In this document: positions 41,283 to 49,897 of the stretch, piece after piece
How positions within the stretch are numbered: position 1 is the first letter of the stretch
Layout: each line of letters starts with the position of its first letter
NCBI GenBank assembly: GCA_963717525.1
Contig: OY970343.1
Location: 640,001 to 704,000 of the forward strand
Reading direction: 5' to 3'
DNA from: an uncultured Methanoregulaceae archaeon
Lineage (GTDB): Archaea > Halobacteriota > Methanomicrobia > Methanomicrobiales > Methanospirillaceae
Length of the DNA stretch: 64,000 nt
The notes under the pieces: generated by a model
What the model saw: only the letters and a program-made list of their open reading frames with translations
Told to the model about the DNA's origin: nothing
Database searches by the model: none
Made by a program: the position numbers and the translations under genes

Positions 41283-41861
41283 TCAGGTAAGCCCCAGATC
41301 TTCGCGTATCGCCATCAGGCCGGTGATAGCTACAGCATAAAATTCCGGTAATGTAATGATCGGTTCAATGAGTGCAATCCGGTCCCGGTCACATCCGGCT
41401 GCAAAGGACTTCTCTTTTGCCTTTTTGGTCACGGTCTTTACAGTAACATCCGAGAGCTTACCGCCTTTTACCAGCGCACAGGCTATTACCAGGCCCGAGG
41501 CGCTGTCTGCTGCCTGCAATGCGATCTCAACAGGACTCGTATAGGTTCCGGGAAAAAGATGGTGGTTGTGCCGCTGCACAACCCGGGCCATCCCGGGATC
41601 GATACCAGCGCTCGTAAGAATTTCCGCACCTTTTGCACCATGCAGCTGCATATCCCCGTGGATCAATTCAAAATCGATATCGTGCAGGATTCCGGTCATC
41701 TCCCAGAAGCCGGCATCTTCACCAAGCCGCGCGGCAAGCGCCTTCATCACGGCACCGGTTGCGAGGCAGTGCTTCCTAAGACCGGCATCATGGACATACT
41801 GATCGAGCAGGACAATTGCAGCTGAACGTTCCATGGCATGAGATGTACCTGGCCGGGTCAT
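41283..41861 (-). CDS. HDIG/HD-domain hydrolase
   Basis: KHCL, GILHDIDFE, HG, HN and KEKSFAAGCDR motifs. Confidence 0.88.
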   Translation of the reverse strand: MTRPGTSHAMERSAAIVLLDQYVHDAGLRKHCLATGAVMKALAARLGEDAGFWEMTGILHDIDFELIHGDMQLHGAKGAEILTSAGIDPGMARVVQRHNHHLFPGTYTSPVEIALQAADSASGLVIACALVKGGKLSDVTVKTVTKKAKEKSFAAGCDRDRIALIEPIITLPEFYAVAITGLMAIREDLGLT

Positions 41862-41921
41862 CAGTCTGACGCTCCTTTCCCGTGGATATGCATATAACCG
41901 ATTAAGACCAAAATTTTCTGG

Positions 41922-42098
41922 ATGGATGCACGACTACTCGATGTTATCATCGGCGTAACCGGCTTTGCGCTTCTGGTTATTCTTCTTGCAGTGCTCCCGC
42001 TGGCCATCAGCGCCGGGCCTGCCTATCTGATCGCCATTATATTCTTTGTCCTGTTCCTTTCCGGGGCAGGATATATGGTCAACGAGAAAATAGCCTGA
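41922..42098 (+). CDS. Small 2-TM protein (58 aa, absent from the ORF track)
   Basis: MDARLLDVIIGVTGFALLVILLAVLPLAISAGPAYLIAIIFFVLFLSGAGYMVNEKIA*; TATA-like sequence ~41892. Confidence 0.7.
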   Translation: MDARLLDVIIGVTGFALLVILLAVLPLAISAGPAYLIAIIFFVLFLSGAGYMVNEKIA

Positions 42099-42112
42099 AT
42101 GAATCTGCGATT

Positions 42113-43216
42113 TTAAATCTTTTGAGAAGTGTCAGGATTGCCGTTGGGTTGCGGTCCTTTATTCTCCGGCACGGGCAGGCGCCGGGGGATCCGTGATTTT
42201 TTTGCCTTGTAGTAACTGAGCGGGTGACTGACACGTTCGCAGAGTGCATTGCGGTGGACACAGAGGCCGGTTGTCTGCATCGCGGCGCATGCGGGGGTCG
42301 TATATTCGGTCCCCGTCCCTCCGCGCCCGGTGATATGCTCGACCTGGTACATGGTCTTCTCGACATCGAAGTCCGGGGAGCGGGCATAGAGCTCCGCGAT
42401 CCCGGTTGTGTTCATGCCGATGTTGTGGAGGAACGCGGTGAGCGAAAAACGGCCGGCATGCGTGAGGTTGGTGCCCGCCGCAAGTGCGGTGATAAGCGCC
42501 TGCATGCAGGGAGGAAAAGCGCCCTCTTCGACTTTGCCGAACTGCCGGAGCATCTGTTCCTGATATATTTTCTTGATCTCCGCAGCCTTTGGAGCGAGCT
42601 GTTCGCAGACCTCTTTTGGCACCCGGTGCGGAAGATCGCGGCGCAGGAGTACGCGGATTCGTTCCCTTAAAAGTTCGTAGCGCTCGTTCTTGTCTATTGC
42701 AACAACTCCCCGTTCAACGCGCCGGTTGACAAGCCGGTACCGGTCATCGTGCAAGGGAGCGACCAGCTCCACGTAATCGGGAACCGGCATCCGGTCCTGT
42801 GTGATCCTGATACCCATTTCGTCAGCAATTGCTACCCACAAACGAGAATACTCGCCGCCGTCCTGCACATAACGGCTGTTCCACTCTTCTTCGTTTACCA
42901 GAAAATAGTAGGCTCGCTCGGCCTCGTGCCGGGTGAGCCTGTCGATCAGCTGTTTGTCGTTGACGCAGGAAACGATAATCCGTGCGAGAGCATACGCGGC
43001 GATCTCATCCTCAGGTGAGTCGTGGACTTCGGGCGCACGGGTCTTCTTCTGGGATACTGCTTCCTTTATCCGGACAACCGCATGCGAAACCAGAGTGTGG
43101 CCTTTTTGCGTACCAAGAAGCGTACCTAGGGAGGCAAACCGGGACCTGATGGGATCCTGGGCTTTTTTTAAAAACGGAAAATGGGAAAGTTCCTTGCCGG
43201 AAGGCACAAACTCCAT
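42113..43216 (-). CDS. priL: DNA primase large subunit
   Basis: FPFL, FPPCM, NLTHAGRF, PDFD..KT.YQVEHI and Fe-S cysteines C...C...C..HPL.YY. Confidence 0.93.
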   Translation of the reverse strand: MEFVPSGKELSHFPFLKKAQDPIRSRFASLGTLLGTQKGHTLVSHAVVRIKEAVSQKKTRAPEVHDSPEDEIAAYALARIIVSCVNDKQLIDRLTRHEAERAYYFLVNEEEWNSRYVQDGGEYSRLWVAIADEMGIRITQDRMPVPDYVELVAPLHDDRYRLVNRRVERGVVAIDKNERYELLRERIRVLLRRDLPHRVPKEVCEQLAPKAAEIKKIYQEQMLRQFGKVEEGAFPPCMQALITALAAGTNLTHAGRFSLTAFLHNIGMNTTGIAELYARSPDFDVEKTMYQVEHITGRGGTGTEYTTPACAAMQTTGLCVHRNALCERVSHPLSYYKAKKSRIPRRLPVPENKGPQPNGNPDTSQKI

Positions 43217-43960
43217 TCAGTCAGCCTCAATGCGGGGCGCAAGCAGGTACTCCACGTGCCCGTTGCCGCCCGCAATATCAAAGGAGAACCGGACCGGGTG
43301 ATCCACGCCGAGACAGATCTCGACTTCGGGAGCCCGTGACATCACCTTGCCCATATCCCTCAAATAGTCAAGGGAGAAGAGTGAGCGCGCCTCAACCGGG
43401 GAGAGCGACTTGAGTTCATCTTTACCGAACTCGCGCTGGATATGATCGGTATCTCCCTCGGCAACCATGTAAAAAGTCTGGTCCTTGGGATTGATGCCCA
43501 TCGCAATCTTATCTGATATGACGGCAGCCGCCTTGATCGCGTTGTTGAGATCTTCTCCGGAGATCACAACTTTCCCCGGGAGGTTGATGGTGGGGGAATT
43601 GGGATCTTTCCTTATGGTGTTCGTGTCCAGGAGTGTGATCGAGTAGTGGTATCCGTGGACGCTCACGGCCATTTTCTGGGCATTGTCCGCGAGTTCAAGG
43701 CTGATAAGGTCGCCCTTACCGCCCATGTTGAAGATGTTCTTCATCTTGGAGATGTCAACACCAAGCTCGCTTTTCGTGGCCCTGAAGGTATCAAACGCCT
43801 CTTTTTTCAGCGTGAATGCAATCATGGCGACATTGGCGGTATCCACTGCCCGGGTGGAGATACCATCTTCCGCTGTGTGCAGCCGGCACTCGGGAACGAG
43901 TGCCGAGATCGCTTCAATGGCCTCCCGGAATATATCTGCGTCAATGGTTGCTTTTAACAT
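43217..43960 (-). CDS. pcn: PCNA sliding clamp
   Basis: RAVDTANVAM, SLFSLDYL and YLLAPRIE motifs. Confidence 0.97.
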   Translation of the reverse strand: MLKATIDADIFREAIEAISALVPECRLHTAEDGISTRAVDTANVAMIAFTLKKEAFDTFRATKSELGVDISKMKNIFNMGGKGDLISLELADNAQKMAVSVHGYHYSITLLDTNTIRKDPNSPTINLPGKVVISGEDLNNAIKAAAVISDKIAMGINPKDQTFYMVAEGDTDHIQREFGKDELKSLSPVEARSLFSLDYLRDMGKVMSRAPEVEICLGVDHPVRFSFDIAGGNGHVEYLLAPRIEAD

Positions 43961-44052
43961 CGCTTTCCCCTTAACAACTGTATTATACAGTATATCGTCA
44001 TACTTTAATTATAGCGTTTTGGGTTAGATTTTCAGATTTCAGGTGGAATGGC

Positions 44053-44634
44053 ATGGGTTCGCAATGGTCACGGGACAAGGTTTATATCAGGGCAAAACAT
44101 GAAGGGTTCCGCTCCCGGGCTTCCTTTAAACTGATCGAGATCCAGGAAAAGTTTGCCATCATCCGCTGTGACGATAATATCATCGACATTGGTGCAGCTC
44201 CCGGGAGCTGGCTCCAGGTGCTTCGCACGCTCACTGATGGCCGGGTCCTTGGAATTGACTTAAATCCTATCGCTGCCCTTGATGGCATCGAGACTATTGA
44301 AGGAGACCTGACTGAGCGGGCCATCCAACAGCGGGCACAGCAGATGCTTGGCACGGTCAGTGTCGTTGTCTGCGATGCCTCCCCAAAACTCTCGGGCCAC
44401 AAGAGCTACGACCAGGCCCGGGCCATCGCCTTGGGCGAAGAGGCCCTTTTATTTGCCTGCAACGTGTTAAAGATTGGCGGGAACTTTGTGATCAAATCGT
44501 TTCAGGGTGCGGACTTTCCGGAACTTCTCGGCATGATAAAAGAGCACTTCTACGTAGTGAAAACATACTCCACGAAGGCTACCCGCAAGGGAAGTACGGA
44601 AATTTATATCATCGCAAAGAACTTCAAAGGCTGA
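44053..44634 (+). CDS. rlmE: 23S rRNA U2552 2'-O-methyltransferase
   Basis: RSRASFKL, DIGAAPGSW, K.FQG and S.EIY motifs. Confidence 0.93.
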   Translation: MGSQWSRDKVYIRAKHEGFRSRASFKLIEIQEKFAIIRCDDNIIDIGAAPGSWLQVLRTLTDGRVLGIDLNPIAALDGIETIEGDLTERAIQQRAQQMLGTVSVVVCDASPKLSGHKSYDQARAIALGEEALLFACNVLKIGGNFVIKSFQGADFPELLGMIKEHFYVVKTYSTKATRKGSTEIYIIAKNFKG

Positions 44635-44640
44635 ACCGAC

Positions 44641-45531
44641 ATGCCCGCGACCGCGACGCTCAGGGATTCCTATGGACGACCAGTGACAAACCTCCGCATC
44701 AGCCTCACGTCCCGGTGCAATCTTTCCTGTATCTACTGCCATGCCGAAGGTGAGAAGAACCCGGATGCGGAGATGAGCGCACAGGAGATTATCGGGATCA
44801 TGAACGTCGCGGCAAAGTTCGGGATCCGGAGTATCAAATTTACCGGGGGAGAACCCCTTATCCGGCCGGACATCCTCGAGATCATCCGGGCCGTCCCCCG
44901 GGGGATCGAATCGTCCCTCACGACAAACGGCATACTGCTTGGGGACATGGCAGAGGATCTCAAAAGCGCCGGGCTCCGCAGGGTCAATGTCAGCCTCGAC
45001 AGCCTGAACCCCGACACCTACAAGCGGATCACGGGGAGTGACCGGCTGGGCGAGGTGCTTGCCGGGATCGATGCGGCGCTCAAAGCGGGCCTTACCCCGG
45101 TCAAACTCAACATGGTGGTCCTGTGCGGGATCAACGACAACGAGATCGACGACTTCCTCGGGTACGTACGTGGGAACCGAGATCTCGTTCTCCAGCTCAT
45201 CGAACTGATGCATTTCAAAGACTGCGATTATCATGGCGACCTGCGGGGTGTCGAAGCGATGCTTGCCTCACGTTCGAGTGAAGTCCTCACGCGCAGGATG
45301 CACCACAGGAAAAAGTATTGTCTTGACGGTGCCGAGGTCGAGGTCGTGCGCCCGCTCCACAACACCGAATTCTGCGCATACTGCAACCGGCTCCGGGTTA
45401 CCTCGGATGGCAAACTCAAACCCTGCCTGTTGCGGGCGGACAACCATATCACGGTCCGGGGAAAAAAAGGTGCGGAGCTCGAAGCGCTGTTCCGGCAGGC
45501 TGTTGAACAACGCGAACCTTTTTTCAAGTGA
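44641..45531 (+). CDS. moaA: GTP 3',8-cyclase MoaA
   Basis: CNLSCIYC, TGGEP and FCAYCNRLR..DG.LKPCL motifs. Confidence 0.95.
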   Translation: MPATATLRDSYGRPVTNLRISLTSRCNLSCIYCHAEGEKNPDAEMSAQEIIGIMNVAAKFGIRSIKFTGGEPLIRPDILEIIRAVPRGIESSLTTNGILLGDMAEDLKSAGLRRVNVSLDSLNPDTYKRITGSDRLGEVLAGIDAALKAGLTPVKLNMVVLCGINDNEIDDFLGYVRGNRDLVLQLIELMHFKDCDYHGDLRGVEAMLASRSSEVLTRRMHHRKKYCLDGAEVEVVRPLHNTEFCAYCNRLRVTSDGKLKPCLLRADNHITVRGKKGAELEALFRQAVEQREPFFK

Positions 45532-45636
45532 ATCCGCACGTCCACCCCCGGGACTTGAGATACCGGACGTTGGCATACCTGAAAGGAAGTATGTTTACGG
45601 GGCTTTATTTACAATTCCGGCATACACTAGGATTGT

Positions 45637-46146
45637 ATGACCACTGACAATGAGTATGTCCATGTCCTTTCCCACCTTTACGAAAAATCCCTGATCCTTC
45701 ACGATACGTCGCTTTTTGATAAGATCCTGTACTTCTTCTTTGTCGATGCCCTCGCCCATATCGACTACACCTGCAGCATCTACGCGTACAATTACCAGTC
45801 ACCGAAAAATATCATGGGCGCAGAGTACATGCGCTGGCGTATCGACGAGGAAAAAAAGGGAGATCGCGTTCATTTCCTCGCGTTTATGGTATGGCTCAAG
45901 GAGAACCGTCCGGAAAAATTTGCAAAACTGCCTGCACTCTGGCAGATCATTTATGATCCGGATGATCCCGCGAGCTACCGGAGTTTCCGGATCGTCCCCG
46001 ACCCGGACAGCAGGCAGGCCGTACCGACCAGTTTCTTCTTCATTATCATTGACGAATTTTTCGAGCAGGAGTTCCTGAAAAGCCTGTACGAGGACGCATC
46101 GCTCTCCCGGCTCTTTGCAGAATTCCTCTCGCAGAAAAAGGCCTGA
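45637..46146 (+). CDS. Hypothetical protein (helical, aromatic-rich)
   Basis: 169-aa ORF with coding-like composition that fills the gap between two + strand genes. Confidence 0.75.
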   Translation: MTTDNEYVHVLSHLYEKSLILHDTSLFDKILYFFFVDALAHIDYTCSIYAYNYQSPKNIMGAEYMRWRIDEEKKGDRVHFLAFMVWLKENRPEKFAKLPALWQIIYDPDDPASYRSFRIVPDPDSRQAVPTSFFFIIIDEFFEQEFLKSLYEDASLSRLFAEFLSQKKA

Positions 46147-46164
46147 TGAGAACGGAGAATCGCC

Positions 46165-47349
46165 ATGATTGAGCCCCAGAAGATCTGCTCGGACCTTGTC
46201 TCGCTCAAAAGCGAGAACCCACCGGGAGATACCTACGGGCCCATTGAATACATCAGGAATTTCCTCGAAGAACGGGGCATCGGGTCGAAGGTGATCTGTA
46301 TGCCGGGCGGGAGGTGCAACCTAATGACAACGGGGAACCTGCGACCGCTCATGCTCTGCGGGCACGTTGACGTGGTCCCGGCCCTTGATGAAGGCTGGAC
46401 TCACCCCCCGTTCTCCGGCGCCATAGAAAGCGGGTATGTCTGGGGCCGGGGATCGAGCGATATGAAAGGCGGTTGTGCGGCGATCCTTTCGGCATGCGAT
46501 GCACTGGCAGAGGCGGGAGAAGCCCTTCCGGCCACCCTTGTGTTTGTCTGCGACGAGGAAACCGGGGGTGAATACGGAATCCGATACCTGCTTGAAAAAA
46601 ATATGCTGAACCCCTGTGACTGCCTGATCGCCGAGCCGAGCCCTGCCCTCCACCCGTGCATCGGCCAGAAAGGGCTCTGCCGTCTGGAACTCAGATTTAC
46701 CGGCACGCCCGGCCACGGTTCACTGTACCCAATTGTCGGGGTAAGCGCAGTGATGGAAGCAATAAGGCTGCTTGATTATGTAAACGGCCTCCACGAACGG
46801 ACATTCCCCCTGAATGTGGACCTCCGGGATATTATCAGGACCTCTTCAAGGGTATTTGCTGAGGAGTTCCGGATGGAGAAGGGTAGCGAGATCCTTGAAC
46901 GTGTGACGTTTAACCCGGGCATTATTGCAGGGGGAGAGAAGGTTAATATTGTCGCCCAGCACTGTGATCTCGATCTCGAAATGCGTATCCCGTGGGGATG
47001 CAGCATCCACGACCTTATCCCGGAGATTATGGCGCATTCCTCTCATGCAGCCATCGTAAAGGAGACTGTGCATGAACCATCGCTCACCGATCCCGCGTGC
47101 GATTTCGTGTCCCTGGTCTGCCGGGAGGTGGAAGTTGTACAGGGAAGGCCGGTCTCTCCCATCCTCCAGTGGGCGGCAAGCGATGCCCGTCACCTGCGAT
47201 TTGCGGGATTCCGGGTGATCGAATACGGCCCGGGCGAGCTTGCCACACTGCACGGGACCAACGAACGGGTCACCGTATCCTCGCTTGAGAAGGCTGCGGA
47301 CATCTACCTGCGGATCATGCGGGCATATGGTTCACGCAGTTCTGTATAA
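46165..47349 (+). CDS. M20 family metallopeptidase/deacylase (ArgE/DapE-like)
   Basis: GHVDVV, GRGSSDMKG, DEETG, EP and HG.NE motifs. Confidence 0.9.
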   Translation: MIEPQKICSDLVSLKSENPPGDTYGPIEYIRNFLEERGIGSKVICMPGGRCNLMTTGNLRPLMLCGHVDVVPALDEGWTHPPFSGAIESGYVWGRGSSDMKGGCAAILSACDALAEAGEALPATLVFVCDEETGGEYGIRYLLEKNMLNPCDCLIAEPSPALHPCIGQKGLCRLELRFTGTPGHGSLYPIVGVSAVMEAIRLLDYVNGLHERTFPLNVDLRDIIRTSSRVFAEEFRMEKGSEILERVTFNPGIIAGGEKVNIVAQHCDLDLEMRIPWGCSIHDLIPEIMAHSSHAAIVKETVHEPSLTDPACDFVSLVCREVEVVQGRPVSPILQWAASDARHLRFAGFRVIEYGPGELATLHGTNERVTVSSLEKAADIYLRIMRAYGSRSSV

Positions 47350-47687
47350 TAAGTCACGGTTTTTTCGATCGGGATACCGTGAAGATCTTTTCGCGTGTTG
47401 CACTTTTTAAGACCATTAAGGGGCAGCTCCTAACCGTCCATGAGCACGAAAAATCCTGAACGGATTTGTCACATGTACATCCAACGGTTTGAAGTACATG
47501 TGACTGTTGGATGTACATCCACCTATTTTTCTCTTTCTTTACGATGGAGGTTTCCGGTCGAGTGGGGTACCTTAGTGATGCAGTGCCCGAAACCGGCCCC
47601 GGGATATGCTGTCGCATGCCTCCATCTTTACGGCCCGGCAACAGATCAAACACTCGTTTCGTATCGAAAAAAGAGAATTCAGTCCGG

Positions 47688-48686
47688 TCACCGGTTCTTT
47701 CCTTTCCCTCTCAATGCAAGGAGCACTGCAGCAGCACCTAGGCCCGCAAGGACCGGGACCGGTGACAATGGAGTAAACGTGGTACGGGTCGGGACCGGCG
47801 TTTGCTGCGTTGCCGGGGGTGTTGTAGTTGTCTGCCCAGTTTGCGTGACGGTGATCGCAAAGGTTGCAACCGGGGTCGGGGTTGCGCTCGTGGGTGTAAT
47901 CCCGCCAAGATACCAGGGCGCCTGCGTGGGTGTGGGTGTATAGGTACTTACAGAGATCTGCCCCATACCCATGGCTGCATTCAGGTTCACCTGCGCTGCG
48001 GTGTACGTGGGGTCCAGGCTGAGCGCGGTGTTAAAGCAGGGGAGTGCATCCTGGAACCGGCCCAGCGCAACGAGCGCCTCACCTTTGTTGTTCCAGATTT
48101 GTGCATTCTTGGTTGTCAGGCTAGTTGCCGTGTTAAACGCGGTGAGAGCGTCTGAATACTGGCCAAGGGACATGTCCAAAAGACCGATCTGGTTCCAGAC
48201 CAGCGGATCATTGGGGTTGAGGTTTGTGCACTGGGAATAGGCAGTGAGCGCCTGGGCGGTGTTGTTCACCTGCACATACGAATAGGCAAGGTTGCAATAA
48301 GCAGAGGCTTGGTTGAAGACGACCGAAGTGTAATTGGTGTAGGCCCCGATTGCGTCGTTATACTGGCCGAGAGAGAAAAGAGCATCTGCCCGGGCTCCGA
48401 GTGCAGTCGGGCTTGAGCGTATGGCAACCGCTTGGTTTGCAGCGGTGAGAGCAGCGGAGTACTGGCCCAACGCATTGAGCGCCGCTGCCTCCCCGGCGTA
48501 CGCTGCATCATAGGTGGGATTAAGTGCGAGTGCGTTGTTGTAATAGGTCACCGCGTCCGCATAATCCCCGTTCGCTGCCGAGTTCTGGGCCTTTGTGTAC
48601 CATTCAATGGCATCCTCAGCTGCCACTGCCGGGATGAGGAAGAGAACGATAAGAATCAGGATGCCCACTTTTGCGCTCGTCTGCAT
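47688..48686 (-). CDS. Secreted TPR-repeat protein with C-terminal anchor
   Basis: Signal peptide, about 6 TPR repeats (W..KG.AL..LG.Y..A), Thr linker, TPLSP + TM + RGKGKNR. Confidence 0.88.
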   Translation of the reverse strand: MQTSAKVGILILIVLFLIPAVAAEDAIEWYTKAQNSAANGDYADAVTYYNNALALNPTYDAAYAGEAAALNALGQYSAALTAANQAVAIRSSPTALGARADALFSLGQYNDAIGAYTNYTSVVFNQASAYCNLAYSYVQVNNTAQALTAYSQCTNLNPNDPLVWNQIGLLDMSLGQYSDALTAFNTATSLTTKNAQIWNNKGEALVALGRFQDALPCFNTALSLDPTYTAAQVNLNAAMGMGQISVSTYTPTPTQAPWYLGGITPTSATPTPVATFAITVTQTGQTTTTPPATQQTPVPTRTTFTPLSPVPVLAGLGAAAVLLALRGKGKNR

Positions 48687-48756
48687 AACCGAAAATTCTC
48701 TCTTAAAACAGATGAATCTATTGTTTATTCAGGCACTGGGCAAGATAAGGCAGGTT

Positions 48757-49884
48757 TTACTGCGCCGGTTGAGGACAATGGCTGTGCCAGCCGCAGATCG
48801 ACAGGGCTACCGTCCCGCCAAGGGCAGCCGTCACGAGGAATGCATCAGGATACCCCGCACCCGCAGCAACGATTCCGGCAATAAAAGGAAGGATCGTCAT
48901 GCCTAGGTAACTGGAGGTCGAAAAGAGGCCCATAACCCGCCCTTGGCAATCCTGCTCTCCGGCAAGGGCCGTCATTTGGGCGACCATCACGATCCCGGCA
49001 AGGATGCCAAGCACGATGAACCCGAGTGGGGATATATACGCGAGAAGAACCCCCCCGATCATGAATACTGCCGACCACCGGATGGCTGGTAGTGCCGGCA
49101 CCGGAAACCGGGAGATAACGAGGACGGTTATAATGGTCGTCACGCTCATCCCCGCGATCCAGAAACCGAGTACATCCGCCGGTTCACCGGAAAATGCCGG
49201 GTAGAGTGAAGCGACAACTCCGGTGATACCGACAAGGATGATCGCTGAATACCACAGCCGGCCATGGGAGATAACAAGTGCAGCAACCTCCTGGAACTCC
49301 TTTCCGCTGTGGCTCACAGCAGGTTTCCGGTGACCGCCATCCGGCCGTGAGGGCGGTGGCGTCGTCTCACGGAAGACAAGACTCGCAACCAGTGCAGCCA
49401 GTGAGAGTGCAGTAAAAACCCCGATCCCGAGAGCCGGCTGCATAAACCGCACGGCAAGCCAGCCGGATGCAGCAAGCCCGAGAACGAGCCCGAAGTTGAG
49501 CATCGCAAGGTAATAGCCGCTCATACGGGTGTGATCCGGCTGCGAGTTGATATACGACATTCCGGCAGCGATGAAGAAGCCGGCACCGAGCCCTTCGGCC
49601 AGCCGCAGTACAATTACCGTCAGCGGGCCGGTAGTGCAGAAAAGCAGTGCGCCGCCTATCACGGTCAGCCCAAGGCCGGCTTGTATGATCGGTGTACGGC
49701 CGTATCGGTCGGAAAGGATTCCCCCCGGGAGAGTTGAGAAAAAAGCCCCCAGGAAATATGCGGCGTAGATGGCACCTTCCCATGCAGCCCCGGTGGCAAA
49801 CGCCGGAAGGACCGGCACAATGGCATTCGAGAGTGCCATCACCGCAAAGACGCCCAGGCAGACAACAAGAAGGTATGCCTTCAT
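48757..49884 (-). CDS. MFS transporter
   Basis: G.LSDRYGR motif A and about 12 TM segments. Confidence 0.9.
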   Translation of the reverse strand: MKAYLLVVCLGVFAVMALSNAIVPVLPAFATGAAWEGAIYAAYFLGAFFSTLPGGILSDRYGRTPIIQAGLGLTVIGGALLFCTTGPLTVIVLRLAEGLGAGFFIAAGMSYINSQPDHTRMSGYYLAMLNFGLVLGLAASGWLAVRFMQPALGIGVFTALSLAALVASLVFRETTPPPSRPDGGHRKPAVSHSGKEFQEVAALVISHGRLWYSAIILVGITGVVASLYPAFSGEPADVLGFWIAGMSVTTIITVLVISRFPVPALPAIRWSAVFMIGGVLLAYISPLGFIVLGILAGIVMVAQMTALAGEQDCQGRVMGLFSTSSYLGMTILPFIAGIVAAGAGYPDAFLVTAALGGTVALSICGWHSHCPQPAQ

Positions 49885-49897
49885 CGAACGGTCCGGG

